The notes beneath the pieces were generated by a model that saw only the letters and a program-made list of their open reading frames with translations, was not told where the DNA came from and did not search any database. Made by a program: the position numbers and the translations under genes. DNA of 64,000 nucleotides. Origin: Bacteroidales bacterium (lineage in GTDB: Bacteria > Bacteroidota > Bacteroidia > Bacteroidales > UBA10428). The stretch is taken from contig CBDDKV010000002.1 of NCBI GenBank assembly GCA_965230395.1, positions 2,625,321-2,689,320 on the forward strand. The letters run 5' to 3'. Position 1 is the stretch's first letter, and each line of letters opens with the position of its first letter. This document shows positions 10,248 to 19,468 of the stretch, piece by piece.

Positions 10248-13200
10248 TTGATAAAAGATAGTTTTGAAATAGAGGTGCTTAAAAGGGTCGTGGAGCAAAG
10301 TCCTGTGAGTATTGTTGTTACAAATGTCAAGGGGCAGGTGGAGTATGTGAACCCATCATTTTCAAGAGTAACCGGTTATGCAAAGGAAGAAATGATTGGA
10401 GAAAATCTACGGGTACTGAAATCCGGTTTTCATAATAAAAACTTCTATAAAAACCTATGGGATACGATAAAAAAAGGTGAAGTATGGCAGGGGGAATTTT
10501 TAAATAAGAAGAAAAATGGCAGCCTTTATTGGGAGTCGGCAACAATATCAGCAGTTTTTGATGAAGAAGGAAAGGTGGTACACTATGTTGGTTCAAAAGA
10601 AGATATTACAGAGAAAAAGGCTGTGCTGGATAAACTACTGAAGAGTGAAATGCAATTCAGGAATTTGGCCGAAACAGCTCCAATAGCAATAGCAGAAATT
10701 AATAATAGGGGTAATTTGCTTTATTACAACAATTTTATTGTCCGAAAAGATAAGTTAAGCTTAACAAATATTTATGAGGTACTTAGCCCTAAGTACAAAT
10801 CGGTGCTGGACAAAAAGATTTCTAATGTTTTTTTAGGTAAACAACCGGAGAGTTTTGAATTAGAGAGCAAAACGGAGGGCGGGGGCTTTACGGTTTATTT
10901 GATAAAAATCTCGCCGGTAATGGAAAAAGGGGATTCGAAATCAGCTATTTTAGTTGCCCAGGATATTCATGAGCTTATTGAGGCTCGAAATTTATTAAAA
11001 AAAAACCTGGAGTATACCCGCTTGTTAGTGGAAAATATGGTAGATGTTTTTTGGATTATGGATGAAAACAAGGAAATATCTTTTGTTTCTCCTTCATTTG
11101 AGGTAATCACAGGGTTTAATATGGAAGAGGTCGTACAACTAAAAGCGTTGTTTTTAACAGATAGGATTGATGCTTTGATAAGGAATAATAATCCTGAATA
11201 TCTGGAGTATACAGAGTCAAAGTTTAAACGTAAAGATGGCGGATATATCTGGCTGGAGACAAGGATGAGGGTAGTAAATAATGAAAATAAAGAATTCAAT
11301 GGAATAGTAGGTTTAACCAGGGATATTACTGAGCGTAAGCATACGGATAATGCAGTATTGGAAAGTGAGGTAAAGTTCCGTTCTTTTTTTGAAAAGAGCA
11401 ATGCAATTATTCTTGTTATTAATCCGGAAAGCGGGGTGATTGTAAACGCTAATAAGACGGCTGAAAGGTTTTATGGTTATTCGAAAGAGGAGTTTCTTGA
11501 GGTCGATATTGATAGGTATATGAGGGGGTTAAGAGGAGTGGCTAAATTAGAGGCTGTTGATAATGAATCCGGTAAAGATAGTGTGTACGTGCAGAGCCAT
11601 GTTCTAAAGGACGGGCAGGTGAGGGATGTCGAAATATTTCCAACCAAAATAGAGGTAGAAGGAAAGACTTTAATATACACAATTATTCAGGATATATCGC
11701 AAAGAAAAAGAGCCATTGAAGCTTTAAAAGAAAGTGAGTCAAAAAAACTGGCATTGCTTAGGATTATTCCCGATTTAATTTTAATACTGAACAATAGAGG
11801 TGAATTTCTGGATATATATACTGACGATCCGAAGCGATTAGGAATTGCTCCATACAAATTGTTGGGTAAAAACTGTTATTACCTGTTTCCGGCAAGAGCA
11901 TGTGAGAAAATTGCAAAATGTATAAACAAAGCAATTGAAACCAGGGAAATACAAACGTTTGAGCATAAATATCAAAGAGAAGACTTAAACAATATAGTAG
12001 AGGAAGTAAGGATTATTGCCAGCGGATATGAAGAGGTCCTGGTAATAATAAGAGATATTACGCAACAAAAGAATAATGAACAAGAGTTGAAACGTGCCTG
12101 GAAAGAAGCGAAAAAAGCAGATCAGGTGAAGAGTGTATTTTTAGCAAATATCTCACATGAAATACGTACCCCATTAAATTCAATTCTGGGTTTCGGAAAA
12201 CTTTTGCAGACAGAACTTGAGGAACCGGTTCACCTGAAATATGTTGAATCTATTAGTAGTAGCAGCCAGTCGCTATTGGATCTTATTAATGACCTGTTAG
12301 ATTTGTCAAAAATAGAGGCCGGAAAAATGACAGTTCGTTATGATGGTGTAAGTATCAGATCTTTAATAAAAGAGGTTGTTGGTGTTTTTACAATTAAACT
12401 TGAAGAAAAAGAACTCGGTTTTGAAGTTGAGGTGGAGGACGGGTTACCATACATGTTATTGTCAGATGAATCAAGGCTCAGACAAATTTTGATTAACCTA
12501 TTGAGCAATGCTATAAAATTTACGCATGAAGGATTTGTTAGGGTTATTGTTAAAACAAAGAAACAACAGATATTAAATGACATCAAATACGTAGATATTC
12601 ATATTGAAGTGGAAGATTCCGGCATTGGAATACCTCCTGAAAACCATGAGAGAATATTTGAAGCATTTGTTCAGAACGACACGCAGGACGCAAGAACATA
12701 CGGGGGGACAGGTTTGGGGCTTGCAATAACCAAGCGTCTGGTTGAATTATTGAATGGAAGTATTAACGTTGAAAGTGAATTAGGTCGTGGTAGCCGGTTT
12801 GTTGTGGTTTTGTCGGGAGTTGAAGTTGTTCAGTCCAAGGGTTCCGATATTGGAACAGCTGAGGCCTATTATGAAAAGAAAGGGGAAGATGAAGATTTGG
12901 TTAAAGTACTTTTTGTTGATAATACAGCGTCAAACAAGGAGTTAATCAAAGGTGTGTTTGAAAGAACAAACATTGTTTTTTATGAAGCTGAAGATACTGC
13001 CGAGGCTGTTGCCCTCATAGAGAAGCATAAACCGGGGCTGGTAATAATTTCACTAAAAACAGTCGAAATGCCGGCTTTAGATGTTGCCAGGTTTGTAAAA
13101 ACAAACAGTTTATATAGTCAAATCGTCACCTTAGGTGTGATTGAAACAGCAACTAATTATGAAACGGATAGACGGAGTGATTATTTGGACGAGATTTTTT

Positions 13201-13583
13201 CTGAAACATTGAATAGAGGGAGGCTTATAAGTGTTATTTCAAAATACCTTCCTTCCGGGATGTTAAAAAAAGGGGAAGACACGGATGGTGTTTTAAACCA
13301 GGAGAGAGAGTCCGGGGCGGAAGTGTTGAAACTTAAACATGAAATAGGAGAAATTATAACACCAGCTTTTAATGACATTACTAAAACTTCATCGTTTGCA
13401 GACTATGACAGGTTTGCGAGATTATTATTAAAGAAAGGTAGGGAATTTGGCATAAAAAAGTTAACTTACATTGGTAATGGAATTTTAGATGCCAATAAAA
13501 CTTTTGATTTGGATAGAATTAACCAGTTTTTATTGGAATATAAAAGGTTAATAGCAAAAAAACCGGACGATGCTAAAGAATGA
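10248..13583 (+). CDS. multi-PAS hybrid sensor histidine kinase with degenerate receiver-like domain
   Basis: Several PAS repeats (e.g. 'VNPSFSRVTGYAKEEMIGENLRVLKSG', 'GLTRDITERK', 'IIRDITQQK'). H-box 'FLANISHEIRTPLNSILGF', N-box 'LINLLSNAIKFT', G-boxes 'DSGIGI' and 'GGTGLGLAI'. These are followed by a REC-like fold lacking the conserved Asp residues. The TTG start at 10248 is uncertain. Confidence 0.9.
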   Translation: MIKDSFEIEVLKRVVEQSPVSIVVTNVKGQVEYVNPSFSRVTGYAKEEMIGENLRVLKSGFHNKNFYKNLWDTIKKGEVWQGEFLNKKKNGSLYWESATISAVFDEEGKVVHYVGSKEDITEKKAVLDKLLKSEMQFRNLAETAPIAIAEINNRGNLLYYNNFIVRKDKLSLTNIYEVLSPKYKSVLDKKISNVFLGKQPESFELESKTEGGGFTVYLIKISPVMEKGDSKSAILVAQDIHELIEARNLLKKNLEYTRLLVENMVDVFWIMDENKEISFVSPSFEVITGFNMEEVVQLKALFLTDRIDALIRNNNPEYLEYTESKFKRKDGGYIWLETRMRVVNNENKEFNGIVGLTRDITERKHTDNAVLESEVKFRSFFEKSNAIILVINPESGVIVNANKTAERFYGYSKEEFLEVDIDRYMRGLRGVAKLEAVDNESGKDSVYVQSHVLKDGQVRDVEIFPTKIEVEGKTLIYTIIQDISQRKRAIEALKESESKKLALLRIIPDLILILNNRGEFLDIYTDDPKRLGIAPYKLLGKNCYYLFPARACEKIAKCINKAIETREIQTFEHKYQREDLNNIVEEVRIIASGYEEVLVIIRDITQQKNNEQELKRAWKEAKKADQVKSVFLANISHEIRTPLNSILGFGKLLQTELEEPVHLKYVESISSSSQSLLDLINDLLDLSKIEAGKMTVRYDGVSIRSLIKEVVGVFTIKLEEKELGFEVEVEDGLPYMLLSDESRLRQILINLLSNAIKFTHEGFVRVIVKTKKQQILNDIKYVDIHIEVEDSGIGIPPENHERIFEAFVQNDTQDARTYGGTGLGLAITKRLVELLNGSINVESELGRGSRFVVVLSGVEVVQSKGSDIGTAEAYYEKKGEDEDLVKVLFVDNTASNKELIKGVFERTNIVFYEAEDTAEAVALIEKHKPGLVIISLKTVEMPALDVARFVKTNSLYSQIVTLGVIETATNYETDRRSDYLDEIFSETLNRGRLISVISKYLPSGMLKKGEDTDGVLNQERESGAEVLKLKHEIGEIITPAFNDITKTSSFADYDRFARLLLKKGREFGIKKLTYIGNGILDANKTFDLDRINQFLLEYKRLIAKKPDDAKE

Positions 13584-14679
13584 TATGGAAGAAAATAGGG
13601 TGCATAGAATCTTAATTGTAGATGATGTTCCCAAAAACATTCAGCTTATTGCAAATTTTTTAACAAAAGAGGGTTATTTAATAAATTTTGCTTTAGATGG
13701 TGTGAGTGCTTTGGAGCATGTTACCAGAGAAACGTTTGATTTAATATTGCTGGATGTCATGATGCCGGGGATGGACGGGATAGAGGTTTGTAAGCGTATA
13801 AAGAAAAGTAGTGAGTTTGCTGATATACCGGTAATCTTTATAACCGCAAAGACGGATAATGATACAATAGCCAGAGGGTTTGAGGCCGGGGGTGTTGATT
13901 ATGTGGTTAAACCGTTTAACCCAACAGAATTGCTTGCCAGGGTCAGGACGCATTTAAATCTGCGCAAGAGAGAAAAAGAACTAGTGGAGCTGAATAACAC
14001 AAAGAATACTATTTTATCTATTATCGGACATGATTTGAAAACCCCACTGGCAAATATTATTTCATTGGGTGAGATAATCGTAAATTCTAATGATATTTCA
14101 AAAGAAGAACAGGATGAACTGCTGGGGGATTTAGTGGATTCCGGTTATCAGGGGGTTTGGCTGTTAGAAAACCTTCTGTCATGGACACGTATACAAACAG
14201 GCAGTATATCAAATCAGCCAGAAGAGATCGATGTAAGTGCAATTGTGCAGCAGAATCTGGATTTTATTTTTCAAAATGCCCAGCATAAAAATATTCGACT
14301 GGAAAAAAAATGCGAGGAAGGGTTAAAAATATTTGCTGACAGAAATATTGTCCATACAATTTTTAGAAATCTTCTATCAAATGGAATCAAATTTACTCAC
14401 CCGGGAGGAAATTTAACTGTTTGGGCAGATAAGACACGGGAAAATGAGATTTGTATCCGGATAATTGACACGGGGGTTGGAATAGTAAAAGAAAAGCTGG
14501 AGAATATATTTACTACCATTGGGCTGGCTTCAACAGACGGTACAGAAAATGAGAAAGGAAGCGGGTTGGGGTTAGTACTGGTTAGAGAGTTAATGGATAT
14601 TATGAAAGCAAGAATTGAAGTAGAAAGCATAGTCAGTAAGGGGACAACTTTTAGCTTATATTTCAGGAGCTATGAATAA
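13570..14679 (+). CDS. response-regulator receiver fused to histidine kinase (REC-HisKA-HATPase)
   Basis: Canonical REC ('RILIVDDVPKN...DLILLDVMMPGMDGIEVC...ITAKTD...YVVKPF'). H-box 'LSIIGHDLKTPL', N-box 'RNLLSNGIKFT', 'DTGVGI', 'GSGLGLVLV'. It overlaps the upstream kinase gene by 14 nt. Confidence 0.9.
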   Translation: MLKNDMEENRVHRILIVDDVPKNIQLIANFLTKEGYLINFALDGVSALEHVTRETFDLILLDVMMPGMDGIEVCKRIKKSSEFADIPVIFITAKTDNDTIARGFEAGGVDYVVKPFNPTELLARVRTHLNLRKREKELVELNNTKNTILSIIGHDLKTPLANIISLGEIIVNSNDISKEEQDELLGDLVDSGYQGVWLLENLLSWTRIQTGSISNQPEEIDVSAIVQQNLDFIFQNAQHKNIRLEKKCEEGLKIFADRNIVHTIFRNLLSNGIKFTHPGGNLTVWADKTRENEICIRIIDTGVGIVKEKLENIFTTIGLASTDGTENEKGSGLGLVLVRELMDIMKARIEVESIVSKGTTFSLYFRSYE

Positions 14680-14726
14680 AAATGAAAATTTCGAATAAAG
14701 ATTGCTTTATTATAAATAAAGTTTTC

Positions 14727-14734
14727 TATATTTG
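14727..14734 (+). promoter_or_regulatory. Bacteroidota-type -7 promoter box (TAnnTTTG) for tRNA-Arg
   Basis: 'tatatttg' matches TAnnTTTG and ends 12 nt before the tRNA 5' end. A TTG lies ~22 nt upstream. Confidence 0.4.
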
Positions 14735-14746
14735 CACTCCCATTAC

Positions 14747-14820
14747 GGTTCCGTAGCATAATTGGATAGTGCACCTGACTACGGATCAGGAGGTTGGGGG
14801 TTCGAATCCCTCCGGGATCA
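14747..14820 (+). tRNA. tRNA-Arg (anticodon ACG)
   Basis: Hand-folded 74-nt cloverleaf. Acceptor ggttccg/cgggatc, D-arm gcat/gtgc, anticodon stem cctga/tcagg with loop cu-ACG-ga, T-arm ggggg-ttcgaat-ccctc, discriminator A. No encoded CCA. Confidence 0.95.
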
Positions 14821-14828
14821 CTTTATTT

Positions 14829-14875
14829 AACCCTGTAAGAAGCTAAAAAAATGCAACTTATAGGGTTTTCTTTTT
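14829..14875 (+). terminator. terminator hairpin after tRNA-Arg
   Basis: 11-bp stem aaccctgtaag / cttatagggtt (one G-U pair), a 17-nt loop, then a ttcttttt run. Confidence 0.6.
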
Positions 14876-15147
14876 AATTTGCTCATTTGCCCGCCTTTTA
14901 GTTATTTTTTTCATTTTTTTATTAATTGGCGAAAGGATTGGTTAAATGAAATCTTCTTTCCGGTAGTGTCATGTTTGTGTGCATGAGGTCAAAAAATCAT
15001 TAAATCATCATTGATGTAAAGGTTCGGGGTTATTTATGTTTTAAGCGTTTCTTGCATATTAGTTTTTGCATATTACATGACAGAGACCGGAAAATAACAG
15101 GGCAATAGACGAGTTGAATTTTGATGTTGGTTATTTGTTTAAAGTGT

Positions 15148-15155
15148 TATATTTG
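15148..15155 (+). promoter_or_regulatory. candidate -7 promoter box (TAnnTTTG) upstream of the riboswitch
   Basis: 'tatatttg' lies ~35 nt upstream of riboswitch stem P1. The -33 element is not clear. Confidence 0.35.
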
Positions 15156-15186
15156 TGGCGGTTTTGGTGATGATCAATTGAAGTCA

Positions 15187-15364
15187 TGATTGTTCATTTA
15201 AAAGGGAATCCGGTGAAAAACCGGAACAGTACCCGCTACTGTAAAGTCCGGTTCAGGCAGTGCCTGAACAATTGTTTTTGATATTCTTTTGCCACTGATC
15301 ATCTAGTGATGGTTGGGAAGGCTTTCAAAAACGGGCTAAGTCAGGAGACCTGCCAGAACAATGA
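15187..15364 (+). promoter_or_regulatory. cobalamin (B12) riboswitch
   Basis: P1 attgttc (15189-15195) pairs with gaacaat (15356-15362). Conserved core GGGAAtccGGTGaaAAaCCggaaCaGtaCCCGCtaCTGTaa starts at 15204. GCCACTG is at 15291-15297. The B12 box AAGTCAGGAGACCTGCC is at 15338-15354. Confidence 0.9.
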
Positions 15365-15479
15365 ATTAGTTTGCTTCCGGGATAGAAGTCAGATGCATAG
15401 ATTATCACATCTCCCTATCGTTCATCATTGATGATTATTGGTTGCAAAGTTTGTTTAATCTTATTTAAAAAGTATTAAA

Positions 15480-18005
15480 ATGCAAAAGCAATGGTTCTTT
15501 TTTATGGGTTTTATTTTTTTAGCCCTTTTCTCTAATTATTCATACGCACAAAATGCAATTTCCTTGAAGGGAAAAGTACTGGATAAAGATAGTGGAAGAC
15601 CACTTGAAGGGGTTCATATCTTTTTAAAACCATCAAAGCAGGGCACTATTACAGACGGTCAGGGTAATTTTGAGATCAATAATGTTAAGGCTGGAACCTG
15701 CATCCTTCAGGTGTCAATTTTAGGATATGAAAGTAAGGAAATGGAACTGGTTGCAAAGCAAGGTATGCCTGGCATTAGTTTTCAGCTTAAACAACAATCA
15801 ACTAAAATTAATCGTGTTGAGGTTCAGGGAAACAGTATAAGGAAAACAGAAGAAGCCCTAAAACTGGTAGCCCCATTAAAAGATATTCCTGTTACTACAT
15901 CAACGATAAGTGGGGAGTTGTTGTCTGAAAAGCAGTTTACCAGTGTAAATGATGCAATGAAATATACTACCGGAATAAACCCAACCGTAAACTATGGTGG
16001 TTTCCAAACTTTTAATATGCGGGGGTTCAGGGGACCGGTAATAATGGTTGACGGGGCCAGAGACGAGCGTATGAATTTTTCGAACAGTGCCCCGGTAACG
16101 TCATTGGCAGCAGTTGAAAGGATTGAATACCTTAAAGGACCTGCATCGGTACTCTATGGACATTCGGCTGTTGGCGGCATCATCAACATTGTTCGCAAGC
16201 AACCTTCTGAGGACTTCACACTTAACATGAAAGCTGGTTATGGTAGCTGGGATACGAAAGAAGTTGCTATCGGTTCCGGAGGAAGACTAGCTGATAAACT
16301 AAACTATAGAATAGATGTAGGCCTTTCTGACCGGACGGGCTGGAGGGAGAATAACGATAAATATGCTAATGCTTATCTGGCATTAGATTACCTGATAAAT
16401 GAAAATAACAAACTGGAATTCAGGTTTGGGGCAAACAGTGATTTTTATGGTACGGAGACGGGCTTGCCTGCGGTAAAAAGTAAGATCTATGATAAAAATG
16501 AGGCTGTTGTATATGAGCAAGGGGAATTACCGGCACACTTTGACCGCGAAGAGAGATATAACGATCCCGCAGACTTTTTAAAGCACGAAAACCTTAATGC
16601 AGCCTTAAAATATAAACGGCATTTAAATGAAAATACATGGGTTCAGTTTCACTCTTCATTTGCAAAAGATATCATCGATTATTTTTCAACAGAAGAACTT
16701 AGCTATCTAACCGACACCAATGATATTTACAACCATTACTTTTTAAAGGACGAAAAAAGGGTCTATATATGCCTGGATACCTTACAGCGGACTTACCCGT
16801 TCAGGTTTTCTCACCGAACGAATACATATCAGAATTATTTAGACTTTTTTACAGAACTGAACACTGGAAACATAACCCACAAACTGGTGGCAGGATATTA
16901 TTTTATGTATGTAGATCGGACTACATACACTGGCTATGGTTTGGGCGAAGACGTATATGGGCAGGGATTATCAGCCAAAATATCTGTTGTTAACCCTGTG
17001 GTTAATCAAGGGGCACTTCAAACGAAGTTTTCCGGTGCCAGAAATTATCGCGAAATGATTAATGGAATCTACTTTCAGGATTTATTGGAAGTGTCGGAAA
17101 GTGTAAAGATTTTGTTGGCTGCTCGTTACGATTATTATCATATGAAATACAGAACAGCTTCGGTGAAGTCTGGTTTGGACTTGAATGGCTATTCTCCAAC
17201 AAATACACTAAGCTTTTCTTCGTTAACATACCGGGCAGGTTTAGTATGTCAACCCGTTTCATCGCTTTCGTTATATGCCTCATATTCGAGCTTTTTCAAA
17301 CCAAACCGTAGGGTTTATGATACCAATTATGTGCTTGTTGATAATAACGGGGAAATATTTATTCCGGAAGAAGGAAAAAGGTTTTTTAAACCCCTAACCG
17401 GATATCAATTAGAAGGAGGAGTGAAATTTGCTTTAACCAAATCATTGCACCTTCATTCAAGTGCTTTCTATATTATTCAGAATAATATGGTTGAATCACT
17501 GGGCTCCACAGACGATGGTAAAAAGATTTACGGACAGGTTGATGTTGTTGATTCAAAGGGGATTGAATTAGAAGGGATTGTTACTTTGTTTCGGGGGATG
17601 AAGATGATTGTTGGTTATGGACTAACTGAAGCAAAATACCAGGAGTTTTCTAACAATGATTATATTGAAAGTTCCAAAGAAGGAAACTATGTAAGACAAT
17701 GCCCTAAAAATACGTTCTATAGCTGGTGTAGTTATAAGGTAAGGCGAGGGATATTCGAAAATTTAAATATTGGAGCAGGAGTTAATTTTAGGGATAAAAT
17801 ATATACGGAAACCTCAAACACCTACGTGTTACCGGAATATTGGCAGGTGGATGCAAGTGTTGGTTATACAGTTAAAGATATGCACCTGAGGTTTGGTGTG
17901 TATAATTTAATGGATAAAGAATATTATTCGAACTACGTCTATTCTAACCAGTATGTTCCTGGCCGTGAACGAAATTATAAGTTTACGGTTGAAATAAAAT
18001 TATAA
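15480..18005 (+). CDS. TonB-dependent receptor, siderophore-receptor-like, with N-terminal carboxypeptidase-regulatory-like domain
   Basis: Signal peptide and CarboxypepD_reg-like 'LKGKVLDKDSGRPLEGVHIF...GNFEINNV'. The plug reads 'PVTTSTISGELLSEKQFTSVNDAMKYTTGINP...FNMRGFRGPVIMVDGARDE', followed by a long beta-barrel. It sits directly downstream of the B12 riboswitch. Confidence 0.9.
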   Translation: MQKQWFFFMGFIFLALFSNYSYAQNAISLKGKVLDKDSGRPLEGVHIFLKPSKQGTITDGQGNFEINNVKAGTCILQVSILGYESKEMELVAKQGMPGISFQLKQQSTKINRVEVQGNSIRKTEEALKLVAPLKDIPVTTSTISGELLSEKQFTSVNDAMKYTTGINPTVNYGGFQTFNMRGFRGPVIMVDGARDERMNFSNSAPVTSLAAVERIEYLKGPASVLYGHSAVGGIINIVRKQPSEDFTLNMKAGYGSWDTKEVAIGSGGRLADKLNYRIDVGLSDRTGWRENNDKYANAYLALDYLINENNKLEFRFGANSDFYGTETGLPAVKSKIYDKNEAVVYEQGELPAHFDREERYNDPADFLKHENLNAALKYKRHLNENTWVQFHSSFAKDIIDYFSTEELSYLTDTNDIYNHYFLKDEKRVYICLDTLQRTYPFRFSHRTNTYQNYLDFFTELNTGNITHKLVAGYYFMYVDRTTYTGYGLGEDVYGQGLSAKISVVNPVVNQGALQTKFSGARNYREMINGIYFQDLLEVSESVKILLAARYDYYHMKYRTASVKSGLDLNGYSPTNTLSFSSLTYRAGLVCQPVSSLSLYASYSSFFKPNRRVYDTNYVLVDNNGEIFIPEEGKRFFKPLTGYQLEGGVKFALTKSLHLHSSAFYIIQNNMVESLGSTDDGKKIYGQVDVVDSKGIELEGIVTLFRGMKMIVGYGLTEAKYQEFSNNDYIESSKEGNYVRQCPKNTFYSWCSYKVRRGIFENLNIGAGVNFRDKIYTETSNTYVLPEYWQVDASVGYTVKDMHLRFGVYNLMDKEYYSNYVYSNQYVPGRERNYKFTVEIKL

Positions 18006-18016
18006 GGGATTCCTGC

Positions 18017-19468
18017 ATGATAAAAAGACTAATTCTAAAGTTACATCGAATGCTGGGCTCAATACTGGGCCTGGCATTTGTTGTTTGGTTTATATCAGGC
18101 TTTGTAATGCTTTTCTCCGGATTTCCGCATGCTTCGCAGGAAAAGCAGTTTAACCGTCTCATTTCATTTTCCGGTGTTGATAGCATTCTGGATATTCGCC
18201 ATGTTAAATATGATAATATATGCGGGGTAACACTGGAAAAAATTAATCATACCCCCGTATACAGAGTCGATTTTAATGATGGCGAAAGCAGGTTAGTTGA
18301 TGCATTTACTTTGACCGAGGTTAAATCAATTGAACCATCTGAACTGGATAGGCGGATAAGGCATACTTACAACACCGATCTCTTTAAGAAAAAAGTAATA
18401 TCCGACTTCGATGCCTGGATTCCATGGAGCCATTTTGAGAAGTACTTTCCTATACATAAATATTATTTAGAGGATCCGGAACACGCTGTTGTTTATGTAT
18501 CGGAAAAAACGGGTGAGATAGTACAGGAAACTACCCGAAAACAAAGATGGCTGGCAAGGTTCGGGGCAATTCCGCACTGGTTCTATTTTAAGAGTCTGCG
18601 CCTGAAAAAAGAATTATGGGCAAAACTGATTATCTGGATATCCGGAATTGGAAGCATGATGTGCATATTCGGGATAATACTGGGCTTTCTTAGGTACAGA
18701 AAGCCAAAAGAAGGGCTGCTTTCATTTTCTCCATATAAAAAGAAATGGTATAAATGGCATCACATATTCGGTTTTATTTTTGGGGTATTTACTTTTACTT
18801 TCGTTTTTAGCGGTATGATGTCCTTGCAGAAAGTTCCGGAATATATTGTCCCTGTGAAAAATACGCTGGACTACGCAGAAATATGGAAACAGAAACACCA
18901 CGAACTTAGTGCGTTTAAATTACCTTTCGGTAAACTGTTTAATGATAGAAGGTTAAAAGGGGTAAAAAGGATTGATTGGCATTTAACCGCAGCAGATTTT
19001 CCGTATTATTTTGTATACACTCATGATTTGCACCGGCCATACATCGTTAATGCATCTCAAACCGATACCGTGTTAATATGTGACTTCTCAGTTTCTGATG
19101 TAGAAAAAATTTTTGCTGCGAAATTTAACGATAAAAAGTATTCTCATCAATTACTCACCGCATCTGACGGGTATTATAAAAAGAATAAATCACGTCCTCT
19201 ACCTGTAATAAAATTTGTGTTGAACGATAAGGACAAAACCTGGCTGTATATTAATCCTGCCAATCTGAAAATGGTCAAAACATTCAATAGAAATACACGT
19301 GTTAGAAGATGGCTATACAAAGGGCTACACTCATTTAACTTTAGCTTTTTGGATAATATGAATTGGCTGCGAATAACACTCTTAATAATTTTATGTATAA
19401 CGGGGACAGTAATAAGTGTAAGTGGTTTGTTTTTAGGTTTCAAGTATGCAAAACGCAAGCTAAGGTAA
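18017..19468 (+). CDS. PepSY-associated TM-helix membrane protein (PiuB/FoxB-like)
   Basis: N-terminal 'LHRMLGSILGLAFVVWFISGFVMLF', internal and C-terminal TM helices, and a 'WLYKGLHSFNF' motif are typical of the PepSY_TM family. It starts 11 nt after the receptor gene. Confidence 0.8.
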   Translation: MIKRLILKLHRMLGSILGLAFVVWFISGFVMLFSGFPHASQEKQFNRLISFSGVDSILDIRHVKYDNICGVTLEKINHTPVYRVDFNDGESRLVDAFTLTEVKSIEPSELDRRIRHTYNTDLFKKKVISDFDAWIPWSHFEKYFPIHKYYLEDPEHAVVYVSEKTGEIVQETTRKQRWLARFGAIPHWFYFKSLRLKKELWAKLIIWISGIGSMMCIFGIILGFLRYRKPKEGLLSFSPYKKKWYKWHHIFGFIFGVFTFTFVFSGMMSLQKVPEYIVPVKNTLDYAEIWKQKHHELSAFKLPFGKLFNDRRLKGVKRIDWHLTAADFPYYFVYTHDLHRPYIVNASQTDTVLICDFSVSDVEKIFAAKFNDKKYSHQLLTASDGYYKKNKSRPLPVIKFVLNDKDKTWLYINPANLKMVKTFNRNTRVRRWLYKGLHSFNFSFLDNMNWLRITLLIILCITGTVISVSGLFLGFKYAKRKLR

